DNA from: Candidatus Marinacidobacterales bacterium
Lineage (GTDB): Bacteria > Acidobacteriota > Vicinamibacteria > Marinacidobacterales > SMYC01
DNA: 64,000 bases
Assembly (NCBI GenBank): GCA_965224085.1
Contig: CBDCYI010000011.1
Location: 1,024,001-1,088,000, forward strand
Reading direction: 5' to 3'
The position numbers were made by a program, and so were the translations under genes. Positions 20,610 to 30,121 of this stretch are shown here, one piece after another. Below the pieces are notes generated by a model. It saw only the letters and a program-made list of their open reading frames with translations. It was not told the origin of the DNA and searched no databases. How positions within the stretch are numbered: position 1 is the first letter of the stretch; every line of letters starts with the position of its first letter.

Positions 20610-20906
20610 CTAGCTCAAGGAGCAAGCCTTCTCGTTTCGGCCGCGGCTTCTGATCAATCAGGTCCGCTACCTCGAGGACGAGGGTCTCGGCGCGTCGATG
20701 GCCAGCGTCTGCCGTCGCCATCTCGGAATCGCTATCGACGCCATCGGCTCGGTGCGCTTCGACGAGAGCGTTTGGAAGGCGAACCGCAAACGCAGACCTT
20801 TCATGCTCGACTTTCCCGAATCCGCAGCAGGAAGCTCCCTCGAGAGTGTGGCACAGGCTTTGACGTTCGGGCCACCCACTTTAGCGCGCACGGAGAGACG
20901 AAGTTG

Positions 20907-21599
20907 ATGCTACGACGGCTCAGCGAGCAAGACCATTATCAAGTTCTCGAGGTTTCGTACGACGCGAGCTCCGAAGAGATCCAGTCGGCCTTCGAGACGG
21001 CCCGCGACATCTACTCTCACGAAGCGCTCGTTTCCAGCTCGATTCTGTCGGACCGCGAGCGCCGTCGCACGTTCCACCGGATCTCGGAGGCGTATCAGAC
21101 GCTCATTGCTGAAGAAAGCCGCCGTCTCTACGATAAGAGGCTCGGGGTTCCGGAACCGGTCGTGCGCCGGGAGCAAAGGTCGAGGTTCGCCACCGCCGAC
21201 AACGTCGAGGCGACGTCCACGAATGGCGACGTCGCTCCGTCCGAGGCCCACGCTGAGCGGGAGCACGTCTCCGCCGACGATGTCGAGACGCCCGAGAAAG
21301 CGGGGGGCTCGGAGAGTTCCGTGCGCGAGTGCCCGCTACCACTCGAGACGTCCGCAGAAGCGACTGGAGCGTTTCTTAAGGCGGCGCGACAAGCGATGGG
21401 ACTCGAGTTGGCAACCATCTCTAAAGAAACGAAAATCGGCCGCTCGATGCTCGAATATATCGAGAACGAGAGACTCGATCGCCTCCCGGCCGCGGTCTAT
21501 TTGCGCAATTTCACCAGGCAATTTGCCCGTTGTCTCGGGCTCGACGAAGATCAGGTTTCGACGACCTACTTGGAGCGCATCCACCGCCTCCAAAGCTAA
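20907..21599 (+). CDS. DnaJ-like domain plus C-terminal RodZ-type HTH protein
   Basis: DHYQVLEV...EEI...ISEAYQTL...RRLYD (no HPD); GAFLKAARQ..GL.L..IS.ETKI...LEYIE...LPAAVYLR; ATG overlaps ATPase stop (TGATG). Confidence 0.85.
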   Translation: MLRRLSEQDHYQVLEVSYDASSEEIQSAFETARDIYSHEALVSSSILSDRERRRTFHRISEAYQTLIAEESRRLYDKRLGVPEPVVRREQRSRFATADNVEATSTNGDVAPSEAHAEREHVSADDVETPEKAGGSESSVRECPLPLETSAEATGAFLKAARQAMGLELATISKETKIGRSMLEYIENERLDRLPAAVYLRNFTRQFARCLGLDEDQVSTTYLERIHRLQS

Positions 21600-21659
21600 C
21601 GCCCGATCCCGCGCTCACAAGCTGCTATAGTTAGGAGCTTTGGACGGGAGGTCTCTCTT

Positions 21660-22352
21660 TTGCCCACGCTCTCTGTGGTGATCCCTTGCTACAACGAGGC
21701 GCTTACGATCGAGACGATCGTCGACGCGGTTTCGAAGAGTGAGATCGAGGATCTCGAGATTCTCGTGGTGGACGACTACTCGACGGACGGAACCCGCGAC
21801 AAACTGCGTGAGATCCAGGAGAAACGTTCGATCGAAGTCGTGCACCACGAGCGCAACATGGGCAAAGGCGCCGCGCTCCGCACCGGGTTCGCACGCGCGA
21901 CGGGCGATATCGTCATCGTTCAGGATGCCGACCTCGAATACGACCCCCGCGATTACATGAAGCTCGTTGCACCCATCCTGGAAGGCAAGGCCGATGTCGT
22001 CTTCGGTTCCCGCTTCGCGGGCGGCGAAACACATCGGGTGCTCTATTTCTGGCACTATGCGGCGAACAAGCTGCTGACGCTCGTGTCCAATATGTTCACG
22101 AACTTGAACCTCACGGATATGGAAACTTGCTACAAAGCGTTTCGGCGCGAGATCATCCAATCGATGGAGATCTGTGAGAACCGCTTCGGCTTCGAGCCCG
22201 AGGTCACCGCCAAAGTGGCGCGCAAGGGTTGCCGCATCTACGAGGTCGGCATATCCTATTCGGGGCGCACCTACGCCGAAGGTAAGAAGATCGGATGGCG
22301 CGACGGCGTGCGTGCCTTGTGGTGCATCTTTCGCTACAACGTCTTTGGTTGA
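21660..22352 (+). CDS. Glycosyltransferase family 2 (DPM1-like)
   Basis: [43 protein letters not shown]. Confidence 0.93.
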   Translation: MPTLSVVIPCYNEALTIETIVDAVSKSEIEDLEILVVDDYSTDGTRDKLREIQEKRSIEVVHHERNMGKGAALRTGFARATGDIVIVQDADLEYDPRDYMKLVAPILEGKADVVFGSRFAGGETHRVLYFWHYAANKLLTLVSNMFTNLNLTDMETCYKAFRREIIQSMEICENRFGFEPEVTAKVARKGCRIYEVGISYSGRTYAEGKKIGWRDGVRALWCIFRYNVFG

Positions 22353-23251
22353 AGTGTTGCGATGATGGCGCGAATCGTATCGGGCGTCGTCCGGCAACAG
22401 CCCCCAATGAGACGAGCGCCAAGCTCATGCCACTCCCGCGCGGAAGCGACGATGGACGTCGCCCCGTGCGCTTCGAGCCACACATGGCGCGTGCCATCCC
22501 ACGCTTCACCCCTATTGGGATAGGCCAAGAGCGGCTTGACGCTCACGCCACGAGCTGAACGCAAAAGTCCTGACACGAATTGGGGCGGGGTGCAGTTTAC
22601 GCCGACCGCGACCACCCTGGGTGATGCGCCCACGAGTCGAACGCACTCCGCGAAGGACTCTCCATGACAGAGCTCGGTGTCGCTCTGGCAACTGAAGCTC
22701 ACCCAAGCCGGCACGTCACCGTCCTGTTCGAGTAGAGCGAGGATGGCTTCCGCTTCCACCGCCGCCGGGATGGTCTCGAAGGCCAGCAAATCGGGGCCGG
22801 CGCTCACGAGCACCTCGAGACGACGGCGGTGAAATGCGACGAGCTGGTCCTTGGTCAACCCGTAATTGCCTCGATATTCCGAGCCGTCATGAAGGATAGC
22901 GCCGTAGCAGCCGATCGACGCGGCCACGATTCCCGAGCCGTGCTCGTCACGAGCTCGGCGGGCGAGCTCCACCGAAAGCCGCAATAACCGTACCGATTCG
23001 GTGTCATCGATCCCACGGTCACGAAACCCCTCGAAGCTTGCTTGATAGCTCGAACTCGTGGCCACGTCCGCACCCGCCCGGAAATAGTCACGGTGGACCG
23101 CCTGGATCAACTCGGGCGCGTCGATGAGAAGCTTCGCCGACCAAAGAGGGTCGTCGAGGTTCGCCCCGCGCCGCTCGAGCTCCGTCGCGAGTGCTCCATC
23201 CAGAACAACGTACCCTTTGTCGCTGAGGATCGAGCTCAGCGGATTGTGCAT
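22334..23251 (-). CDS. mmuM: Homocysteine S-methyltransferase
   Basis: [39 protein letters not shown]. Confidence 0.93.
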   Translation of the reverse strand: MHNPLSSILSDKGYVVLDGALATELERRGANLDDPLWSAKLLIDAPELIQAVHRDYFRAGADVATSSSYQASFEGFRDRGIDDTESVRLLRLSVELARRARDEHGSGIVAASIGCYGAILHDGSEYRGNYGLTKDQLVAFHRRRLEVLVSAGPDLLAFETIPAAVEAEAILALLEQDGDVPAWVSFSCQSDTELCHGESFAECVRLVGASPRVVAVGVNCTPPQFVSGLLRSARGVSVKPLLAYPNRGEAWDGTRHVWLEAHGATSIVASAREWHELGARLIGGCCRTTPDTIRAIIATLQPKTL

Positions 23252-23277
23252 GACGCCCAATCTTATCTCTCGCGGCG

Positions 23278-23414
23278 TCAGTTATCAGCTGTCAGTTGTC
23301 AGTGTACGCATTTCGCTGATGAAGGTCTCGAGCTTAGGGACCGAAGCCCGAATCATAGGGACACCCTCATCGGAACCAGATACTGAGGGCTGACAACTGA
23401 CAACTGATCACTGA
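23278..23414. repeat. Inverted arrays of 7-bp units (TCAGTTR...YAACTGA) forming a 25-bp IR around an 87-bp spacer
   Basis: tcagttatcagctgtcagttgtcag (23278-23302) versus ctgacaactgacaactgatcactga (23390-23414), 2 mismatches. Confidence 0.85.
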
Positions 23415-23423
23415 TAATGCGCC

Positions 23424-24917
23424 ATGTATTGTCTCGGCTATGACCTTGGGAGCTCTTCAGTCAAGGTTTGTCTTCTCGACGCTGCCTCCGGCCGCGGCGT
23501 TGCGCATGCCTTCTACCCCGACCACGAGATGACGATCGACGCCCCGAAGCTCGGTTGGGCCGAGCAGGCGCCGGAAACGTGGTGGGAATGCGCGAAGCAC
23601 GCCACCGAACGGCTTCGGGAGGGCACGGATAGCGCCATCGCTATCGCTATGGGCGAAATCGGAGCCATCGGCATCTCCTATCAGATGCATGGGCTCGTGC
23701 TCGTCGACCGAAACGGTCGCGTCGTCCGGCCCGCTATCATCTGGTGCGATAGCCGGGCGGTGGACGAGGGTGCCCGTGCATTCGAAGCCCTCGGGGCCCG
23801 CCGCTGCCTCGACGCTCTTGTGAACGCGCCAGGAAACTTCACGGCGTCGAAGCTCGCCTGGGTGCGCGATAACGAGCCGGCCCATTTCGAGCGCGCCCAT
23901 ACGATGATGCTTCCCGGCGACTATTTCGCGTGGCGGCTCACGGGCCGCGCCGCTACGACGCTCTCCGGTCTTTCAGAGGGCATCCTCTGGGACTTCTCGA
24001 AGCACGAAAAGGCAGCGTTTCTTCTCGAGCACTTCGCTATTCCCACTTCCCTCGTTCCCGATGTGGTCCCGACCTTCGGCGAGCAAGGCCGACTCACGGA
24101 AGCTGCCGCGGAGGAGCTCGGGCTAAAGGCAGGAACGCCGGTGACGTACCGAGCCGGAGATCAGCCGAACAACGCACTCTCCCTAGGCGTGCTCGAGCCC
24201 GGTGAAATCGCCGCGACCGCCGGAACTTCGGGCGTCGTCTATGGTATCAGCGATACGGTACGCGCCGATCGTCGATCGCGCGTGAATAGCTTTGCTCACG
24301 TGAATCATTCAACAGAAGCCACACGGCTCGGAATCCTGCTCTGCATCAACGGGACGGGGAGCGCTTATCGTTGGCTTCGCGAAAGGCTCGAAACAGACTA
24401 TGACATGATGAACGAACAAGCGTCCGAAGTCCCGATTGGTTGCGATGGTCTCTGTTTTTTTCCCTTCGGCAATGGTGTCGAGCGCATGCTCGAGAATCGA
24501 GCCTTGGGTGCGTCCATGACCCACCTCGATTTCAACACTCACGGTGACGCGCACCTCGCCCGTGGCGTCCAGGAAGGTATCGCCTTCGCGTTTCAGTACG
24601 GAATGGATGTCCTTAGGGAGCTCGGCATGCGTCCTGCGGTCATCCGTGCGGGGCTTCAAAACATGTTCTTGAGCCCTGTATTCCGGGAGATTCTGACCTC
24701 GACGACCGGCGTGAGCCTCGAGCTCTATCGCACCGACGGTGCCGAAGGCGCAGCGCGGGGCGCTGCGTTCGGGGTCGGGCACTACGCGTCTTTGTCGGAA
24801 GCGTTGACCGGGCTTCGGCGAGATGCGGTTTTTGAGCCGAACCTCGAGCGAGCTTCGCGATATCGCGCAGCCTATCGTGCGTGGGCGGACGAGCTCACAG
24901 AGGGGATGTCGTCGTGA
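23424..24917 (+). CDS. xylB: Xylulokinase (FGGY family)
   Basis: GYDLGSSSVK, ISYQMHG, IIWCDSR, GNFTASKL, AGDQPNNA, GTSG; xylA in same window. Confidence 0.85.
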   Translation: MYCLGYDLGSSSVKVCLLDAASGRGVAHAFYPDHEMTIDAPKLGWAEQAPETWWECAKHATERLREGTDSAIAIAMGEIGAIGISYQMHGLVLVDRNGRVVRPAIIWCDSRAVDEGARAFEALGARRCLDALVNAPGNFTASKLAWVRDNEPAHFERAHTMMLPGDYFAWRLTGRAATTLSGLSEGILWDFSKHEKAAFLLEHFAIPTSLVPDVVPTFGEQGRLTEAAAEELGLKAGTPVTYRAGDQPNNALSLGVLEPGEIAATAGTSGVVYGISDTVRADRRSRVNSFAHVNHSTEATRLGILLCINGTGSAYRWLRERLETDYDMMNEQASEVPIGCDGLCFFPFGNGVERMLENRALGASMTHLDFNTHGDAHLARGVQEGIAFAFQYGMDVLRELGMRPAVIRAGLQNMFLSPVFREILTSTTGVSLELYRTDGAEGAARGAAFGVGHYASLSEALTGLRRDAVFEPNLERASRYRAAYRAWADELTEGMSS

Positions 24918-25281
24918 GCCGACGGGTGGCAGCCGTGATGCTCTATTTCCGCGGCTAGCTCTTCACAGAGTGAATCGATTTCGGAGGATCGTCAGCGCGC
25001 TCACTGTTTGCGGAGCGAGCCTCGCGCATCCAGAGGAGCTTGCTGTCGATAGGTATCGAGAAATTATCGTGACTTACCGCGAGGGGAGGTTCACGGTTGC
25101 GGCAGATCGGCTGCTCACTTTCGAGCTCGCAAGCGTGAGCCTGCGAAACGACGAGCTCCCAGCGGTTGGATGCGCACCTGGCGGGTGATCCTCTATCACT
25201 GACGCCTACTTCGTTGCCACCAAGCATCATGTCCTTGGCCTTAGCCAAACTCGGGCAGAACCTCGTCGTTGCCGAGGCTAC

Positions 25282-26940
25282 TCAGCGCGTGCCGTCTAAG
25301 AGCCCGTATCCCATGTCGCGGCCTGGAAGAATGACTTTGTTCTCGTGAACGTAATCCTCCCAATCGCGCAAAAGCTCCTGTAGCTTCTCCGGCGCTTCTT
25401 CCGATAGATCCCGCGACTCCGAAGGATCGCTCGAAAGATCGAAGAGCTCCCACCGCTCCACGCCGTAGGGCTCCCACAGCCAAACGAGCTTCCAGTGGCC
25501 CTTCAAAACCCCGCGCCGCCCAAAGAGCTCCCAACCCATCACGGCGTCGACACCGTGGACGGTATCGGTTTCGCCCGAGAGAAACGACACCATCGACTTG
25601 CCTTGCATGGGTGCTACCTCGCGCCCATCATAAACACTCGGGTGTTCCACGCCCGCGAGCTCCAGAAGCGTCGGCGCGACATCCTTGACCGATGCAAACG
25701 TATCCATACGATGACCGCGGTGCGCGAGCCCGCTGAGGCGCACGATCGCAGGCGTGCGCGTGCCGCCTTCCGTCGGATGCGTCTTGAACAAGCGAAAAGG
25801 CGCGCCCTGTGCTTGCGCCCATGCAGGACCCGTCCAGACATAAGAGCCGATACGCCCCATGTTCTCGTAGCGATTGTCGAAGCGCGTCGGTATCCAATCT
25901 TCGTTCTCGTACATGGTGCCGATGTTGTTTCCCTCGGCGCCGTTATCAGAAGAGAATAGGATCACTGTGTTCTCGTATTGGCCCGTGCGCTTCAAGTAGT
26001 CGAGGAGCCGTCCAATATTGTCGTCCAAGCTCTCGACCATCGCCGCGTAGATCTCCATGCGTCGAGCTTCGAACTGTTTTTGCGCGTCGTCAAGAGAGTC
26101 CCAAGCCGGGACCCAGTCGACCCGATCAGGAACAGGAACGTCGGGAACCACTTGGCCATCGATGAGATTCTGGACGCGCTTGGCCCGAAGCGCGTCATAG
26201 CCGTCATCGTAGACACCGCGATAGCGATCGATGTAGTCGTCGGGCGCTTGAAGCGGCCAATGCGGCGCCGTATAGGCCGCGTAGGCAAAAAACGGGTGAC
26301 CGTCCTCTGAGCCGTCCTCGAGATAGTCGATGAGCTTGTCGGTGTAGTAGTCCGACGAGTAGAAGTCTTCGGGGATCGAGACGTCCGCGCCATTCTCACG
26401 GTAGACGGCGGGGTAGCCCTCCATGAGCGGCGACGCGTCGCCGAAGTGGCTGGCACCCCCAGCGATGGTCGCGAAGGCTTTCTCGAACCCGCGACGCTCC
26501 GGCGACAATTCCGGTGTCACGCCGAGGTGCCATTTACCAGCCATGTAAGTGTGATAGCCGGCATCGCGCAAGAGATTCGATACCGTCACCACCCGATTAC
26601 TCAAATAGCCTTCATAACCCGGATGGCCGTCCTGGTTCTCGTCCGCTTCGCCCGCCATCGTCCCTAGCCCTGCGTGATGCGCATCCGTCCCCGAGAGCAA
26701 CATCGCCCGCGTAGGAGAGCAGCTGGGCGAGACGTGGTAGTTCGTGAGGATCACGCCCTCGGCAGCGAGGGCGTCGATGTTTGGCGTGCGGATTTCGCTT
26801 CCCAGGAGGCTGAGATCCGAATAACCGAGATCGTCCGCGAGGATGACGAGAAAGTTGGGACGGTCTTCCACTACCGCGCCTTCCGGGGCGCAAGAGAGCG
26901 CACTCGTGAACGCAATTATCCAAGCCCCTCGCGATTTCAT
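25282..26940 (-). CDS. Arylsulfatase (Cys-type formylglycine sulfatase), probable lipoprotein
   Basis: PNFLVILADDLG, CSPTRAMLLSG, GKWHLG, TAPHWP, SDNG; ALSC lipobox. Confidence 0.93.
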   Translation of the reverse strand: MKSRGAWIIAFTSALSCAPEGAVVEDRPNFLVILADDLGYSDLSLLGSEIRTPNIDALAAEGVILTNYHVSPSCSPTRAMLLSGTDAHHAGLGTMAGEADENQDGHPGYEGYLSNRVVTVSNLLRDAGYHTYMAGKWHLGVTPELSPERRGFEKAFATIAGGASHFGDASPLMEGYPAVYRENGADVSIPEDFYSSDYYTDKLIDYLEDGSEDGHPFFAYAAYTAPHWPLQAPDDYIDRYRGVYDDGYDALRAKRVQNLIDGQVVPDVPVPDRVDWVPAWDSLDDAQKQFEARRMEIYAAMVESLDDNIGRLLDYLKRTGQYENTVILFSSDNGAEGNNIGTMYENEDWIPTRFDNRYENMGRIGSYVWTGPAWAQAQGAPFRLFKTHPTEGGTRTPAIVRLSGLAHRGHRMDTFASVKDVAPTLLELAGVEHPSVYDGREVAPMQGKSMVSFLSGETDTVHGVDAVMGWELFGRRGVLKGHWKLVWLWEPYGVERWELFDLSSDPSESRDLSEEAPEKLQELLRDWEDYVHENKVILPGRDMGYGLLDGTR

Positions 26941-26950
26941 CGGCCCACCT

Positions 26951-28651
26951 CTAGCGTTTGAGCGCGAACACCCAGACAACGCCGCCTTGAGGGACTTCCC
27001 TACGCTCACCTCGCAGAACGTTGAGGCTCGAGTGCATCTTCTGGGCATCGACGCCCCACCCGGACTGCACAGCAATGTACTGCACGCCGTCCACAGCGAA
27101 GGAGGTCGGGACACCAGTGATGCCGGAATTCGTGCGCAGCTCCCAAACAACGTCTCCGGTCCGCCCGTAGAAGGCCCGAAAGTAGCGATCGTTCGTGCCG
27201 CCCATGAAGACGAGCCCGCCTCCGGTCGTCAAGACGGGGCCCCAGTTCGGTGACGCAAAGCTCTTCGTCCAAACAAGCTCGCCACGAGCCACATCCCACG
27301 CTTGAAGCTCGCCAACCGTTTCCGCGTTGTCGTGAATTTGCATGCCTCGATTACGCCGCACGCGCTGGCCCACATAATATCTTCCCGGCTCGTACGTCAC
27401 CTCCCGACCTTCCATGAACATACAGAGGTTGTTGTTCGCCGGGATGTAAACGAGGCCGGTCGCTGGACTATAGGCGGCGGGAGGCCAATTCTTGCCGCCC
27501 CAAAGAGAGGGGCAGAACCGAGCCTCTTTGCCCGTGCCCGGCTTTCGATCCGGATGATATTCCGGACGACCCGTCCCGGGGTCGATGCTCGTGAACACGT
27601 CTTGATGCACGAAAGGCCAAGCGTCGACGAAACCGATCCTGTCGCGCTCGCGCGAGAGAAACCATAGATAGCCGTTGCGGCCCGGATGGACGAGACTCTT
27701 GATTGTGTCTCCGTCGCGCGGAATATCGATGAGCATGGGCGCGTCGACTTCGTCCCAGTCCCAGGAATCGTTCCAGTGATATTGGTGATGAGCTCGGAGC
27801 TCCCCGGAATCGGGATCGATCGTCACGACAGAACTCGAGTAGAGATTGTCGCCCGGCCGCGTATCGCCCATCCACGGCGCCGCGTTTCCTGTGCCCCAAT
27901 AGGTCAAGTTGAGCCCGGGGTCGTAGGTCCCCGTGACCCACACAGGAGCGCCGCCCGTCTTCCACGTATCGCCGGGCCACGTGTCGTGTCCGGGCTCGCC
28001 CGGTCCCGGGATCGTGTACGTCTTCCAAACCGGCTCGCCCGTATCCGCGTCGTAGGCAGCAACGAAGCCGCGCACGCCCAGCTCGCCTCCCGAGATCCCC
28101 ACCATTACTTTGCCGTGTACGACGAGCGGCGCGAGTGTCAGGTAATAGCCGTGTTTGTAGTTCTCGACCGCCGTCTCCCAAACGAGCTCACCGGACGCCG
28201 CATCGAGCGCAACGAGGAAAGCGTCCACGCCGCCGAAATAAACGCGGTCGCCATAGAGCGCGACACCACGGTTCGTCGGGTGGATGTTGAGCACGTCGTC
28301 GGGGAGCTCACGCCGATAGCGCCAGAGAAGATCCCCGCTCGCGGCGTCGAGCGCCAAAACTTGATTGCCCGGCGTCGTGATGTACATGACGCCGTCATTC
28401 ACGATCGGTGGCGATTGATGGCCTTCGTCGACGCCGGTCGAGAGCGTCCAAGCCGGAACGAGATCACCGACGTTCTTGGTGTCGATTTGCTTCAGCGGGC
28501 TGTAACCCCAGCCGCTGTAATTACCTCGGTACATGAGCCAGTTTTCCGGCTCCGGGTTTCGGAGACGCGCGTCGGTAACGGGTCGAGGCTGCGCTGCCTT
28601 GACCCCACCATTCACGAAGAGCAGCAGCGTGGCAAGAAACAGAGGCTTCAC
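26951..28651 (-). CDS. PQQ-dependent dehydrogenase (alcohol dehydrogenase-like beta-propeller)
   Basis: W..Y.G...G..YSPL.QI, NRGVA, SGGE.GVRGF, WGTGN, WDWD, CPS..GGKNW; signal peptide from GTG 28651. Confidence 0.9.
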   Translation of the reverse strand: MKPLFLATLLLFVNGGVKAAQPRPVTDARLRNPEPENWLMYRGNYSGWGYSPLKQIDTKNVGDLVPAWTLSTGVDEGHQSPPIVNDGVMYITTPGNQVLALDAASGDLLWRYRRELPDDVLNIHPTNRGVALYGDRVYFGGVDAFLVALDAASGELVWETAVENYKHGYYLTLAPLVVHGKVMVGISGGELGVRGFVAAYDADTGEPVWKTYTIPGPGEPGHDTWPGDTWKTGGAPVWVTGTYDPGLNLTYWGTGNAAPWMGDTRPGDNLYSSSVVTIDPDSGELRAHHQYHWNDSWDWDEVDAPMLIDIPRDGDTIKSLVHPGRNGYLWFLSRERDRIGFVDAWPFVHQDVFTSIDPGTGRPEYHPDRKPGTGKEARFCPSLWGGKNWPPAAYSPATGLVYIPANNNLCMFMEGREVTYEPGRYYVGQRVRRNRGMQIHDNAETVGELQAWDVARGELVWTKSFASPNWGPVLTTGGGLVFMGGTNDRYFRAFYGRTGDVVWELRTNSGITGVPTSFAVDGVQYIAVQSGWGVDAQKMHSSLNVLRGERREVPQGGVVWVFALKR

Positions 28652-28839
28652 TCGGCGTCGCTCACGAAGCCCTTGGCTTCCTGATAGCTCAGATTCTCCA
28701 AGTAGTCGCCTAGGATCTCGAGGATTTTCTCGTAGCTCTCGCGCGCGGCCTCTGCGTCGCCTGATCGTAGATCTTGGGCGACGATCGTCGACGATGGCAT
28801 GAGTGCGGCGACGAGGAGAAGAACAGACTTTCTCAGCAT
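28648..28839 (-). CDS. Small secreted hypothetical protein (possibly a remnant)
   Basis: Signal-peptide-like start; stop overlaps PQQ gene start. Confidence 0.45.
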   Translation of the reverse strand: MLRKSVLLLVAALMPSSTIVAQDLRSGDAEAARESYEKILEILGDYLENLSYQEAKGFVSDAE

Positions 28840-28954
28840 GCGATGGGCCCTCCGTGCCTTCCGGTACACCCATTTTTAGGCCTAAACGCTCGGACCTGCA
28901 ACCCGTTGCAGTCCTCGAGGCGGTGCAGTAAAGTCGGTGTCGGGAGGCTTCGTC

Positions 28955-30121
28955 ATGTCCAGACGTGTCTGCGTCGCGATTATCCTCGCCGCCGTTTTCC
29001 TCGCGGGTTTTACGCTCCAGTCCCGCCGCCAGCGTGAGGAGGCGGCTTTGGCCGAGCCTTTCAAAGGCGTCACGCGGGACGGCACGGTGACCCCGGGTCT
29101 GTACTCGATCCAATCGACCGGCGTGTCGACGGAGCCGGTACGCGAGGCTGCGGAACAATTTCTCACGTCGCTCGACGGAGAGGTCTTGAAAAAGGCGCGC
29201 TATGCCACGGACGACATCGAGTGGCGTAAATGGCATAACGTGTACCGCGCTTCACGCGAGGGTGTGAGCTTCGGCGAAATGAGCGACGCGCAACGCGAGC
29301 GAGCGTTCGGGCTACTCGGCGCGAGCCTCAGCGCCAAGGGCGTGAAGAAAACGAAGAATGTCATGCGGCTCAACGAGTACATCGCTGAGCTCGTGAACAA
29401 GCATGACGAATATGGTGAAGAATTCTATTGGCTTACTATGATGGGCGAGCCGTCCGCGACGGAGCCCTGGGGTTGGCAGCTCGACGGCCATCATCTCGTC
29501 ATCAATTATTTCGTTCTCGGCGATCAGGTCGTGATGACCCCGGCCTTCATGGGCTCGGAGCCGGTCATCGGCAAGGGCCGCTTCGAGGGCATCGAAGTGA
29601 TGCAGGACGAACAGAACAAAGGCCTTGCTTTCATGGAATCGCTCGATGCGAGCCAGCAGAAACAAACCATGCTCGAGGGCGAAAAGACGCGGGGAAATGC
29701 GCTCGCACAGGCCTACAACGACAATCTCGTGCTCGATTATGCGGGGCTACGCGTAGACACTTTGAGCGCGCCGCAGAAAAAACTTTTTCGCGAGGTCATC
29801 GCTGAATATGTCTTCAACATGGACGAAGGCCATGCCGCCCTCCGCATGAAAGAAATCGAGGCGCATCTCGACGAAACCTACTTCGCGTGGCTCGGGACTA
29901 CGGGACCGGAAAGCGTTTTCTATTACCGCATTCAAAGTCCCGTCATCCTCATCGAGTTCGACCATCAGGGGCCGATTGCTCTCGATGCTCCGCGCGTCCC
30001 GTCGCGCCGCCACGTGCACTCCGTCGTCCGCACACCCAACGGCAACGACTACGGAAAGGACCTATTGCGTCAGCACTACGAGCAACATCGCACCGATGCC
30101 GCTCACGGGCACGTTCACTGA
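28955..30121 (+). CDS. DUF3500-family secreted protein
   Basis: PWGWQLDGHHLVIN, TPAFMG, FYYRIQSPVILIEFD, HVHSVVRTPNGNDYG. Confidence 0.88.
   Translation: MSRRVCVAIILAAVFLAGFTLQSRRQREEAALAEPFKGVTRDGTVTPGLYSIQSTGVSTEPVREAAEQFLTSLDGEVLKKARYATDDIEWRKWHNVYRASREGVSFGEMSDAQRERAFGLLGASLSAKGVKKTKNVMRLNEYIAELVNKHDEYGEEFYWLTMMGEPSATEPWGWQLDGHHLVINYFVLGDQVVMTPAFMGSEPVIGKGRFEGIEVMQDEQNKGLAFMESLDASQQKQTMLEGEKTRGNALAQAYNDNLVLDYAGLRVDTLSAPQKKLFREVIAEYVFNMDEGHAALRMKEIEAHLDETYFAWLGTTGPESVFYYRIQSPVILIEFDHQGPIALDAPRVPSRRHVHSVVRTPNGNDYGKDLLRQHYEQHRTDAAHGHVH

Larger units (their letters stand above)
15799..20907 (+). pseudogene. MinD/FlhG(FleN)-like P-loop ATPase interrupted by two IS1634 copies; pieces 15799-15968, 17976-18606 and 20614-20907 join to 364 aa
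   Basis: Rejoined: KKSQP|SKGRIIAVGGGKGGVGKS, IDADLGGANLH, LDIGAG, PEPSSIENAYRF, ATGRY|LKEQAFSFRPRLLINQVR; frame kept at both junctions. Confidence 0.9.

Noticed and set aside
21594-21636. AGCTAAC...GTTAGGA, attC-like ends
   Set aside because: Only about 43 bp, no L boxes; contains an extended -10-like TGCTATAGT
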